The notes beneath the pieces were generated by a model that was not told where the DNA came from, made no database searches, and saw nothing but the letters and a program-made list of their open reading frames with translations. Below, one piece after another: positions 63,399 through 64,000 of a DNA stretch of 64,000 nucleotides. Made by a program: the position numbers and the translations under genes. Within the stretch, counting starts at the first letter, position 1. Each line of letters opens with the position of its first letter. The DNA lies in assembly GCF_001194135.2 (NCBI RefSeq), contig NC_069007.1, positions 5,585,296-5,649,295 on the forward strand, in the 5' to 3' direction. This stretch comes from Octopus bimaculoides. Its lineage: Eukaryota.

Positions 63399-63688
63399 AT
63401 ATGTATATATATTTATATATATATATACACAATTGTCACCAAAGTGATTAAGGATGCAAATCAGCACCAGCATTGCTAGAAATAAGAGTCAAAACAACTT
63501 TTGGCCATGGGCAAAGCACTTATTACTTGAGTGACAAGGGAGACCAACCTCCCTAGGAGTGTCAGATCATCAATGATTTCACATTGTGTTAATCCACATC
63601 AGTGACACTTATTCCATTGCCTCGGGTTTAATTGAACTTGCCTTGTCAGTTTATAGAAAATAACATAGCAAATCAATCCTAAATATTT

Positions 63689-63819
63689 GTGGCTGTGTGG
63701 TAAGTAGCTTGCTTACCAACCACATGGTTCCGGGTTCAGTCCCACTGCGTGGCACCTTGGGCAAGTGAGTGGATTTGGTAGACGGAAACTGAAAGAAGCC
63801 CGTCGTATATATATATATA

Positions 63820-63860
<41 letters not shown>

Positions 63861-64000
63861 TGTGTCTGTGTTTGTCCCCCTAGCATTGCTTGACAACCGA
63901 TGCTGGTGTGTTTACATCCCCGTAACTTAGCGGTTCGGCAAAAAGAGACCGATAGAATAAGTACTAGGCTTACAAAGAATAAGTCCCAGGGTCGATTTAC
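63689..64000 (+). mobile_element. SINE family A, young, with a ~38-bp internal deletion; cut by window end
   Basis: GGGCAAGTG joins directly to AGTGGATTTGG. Confidence 0.9.

Noticed and set aside
426-64000. Long ORFs in the supplied track (poly-HT, CV, YI, I, X)
   Set aside because: Produced by microsatellites and N-runs; no protein signal

Overview
AT-rich, repeat-dominated animal genomic DNA (intergenic or deep intronic) from a short-read assembly, with 17 N-gaps totalling about 6 kb, most beside microsatellites. From my recollection of the repeat families it looks like Octopus (inference, not a database result). I found no host protein-coding gene, rRNA, true tRNA or CRISPR array; nearly all long ORFs in the track come from microsatellites or N-runs. 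The window is a mosaic of several SINE-like families (my own labels A-F), decayed LINE ends (RTE, L1/Tx1, R4/Dong-type), Penelope-like elements (PLEs), Tc1/mariner, Helitron and MITE relics. The most unusual signal is a cluster of minimal type I hammerhead ribozyme (HHR) motifs. The clearest case is a 554-bp head-to-head palindrome of two tRNA-head/(TAA)n/HHR units flanked by a single 14-bp target-site duplication (41104-41685). A nested inverted repeat with sense and antisense HHRs (35646-35841), further HHRs at 36006 and 42187, and PLE RT/GIY-YIG relics lie nearby. All folds and alignments were done by eye.
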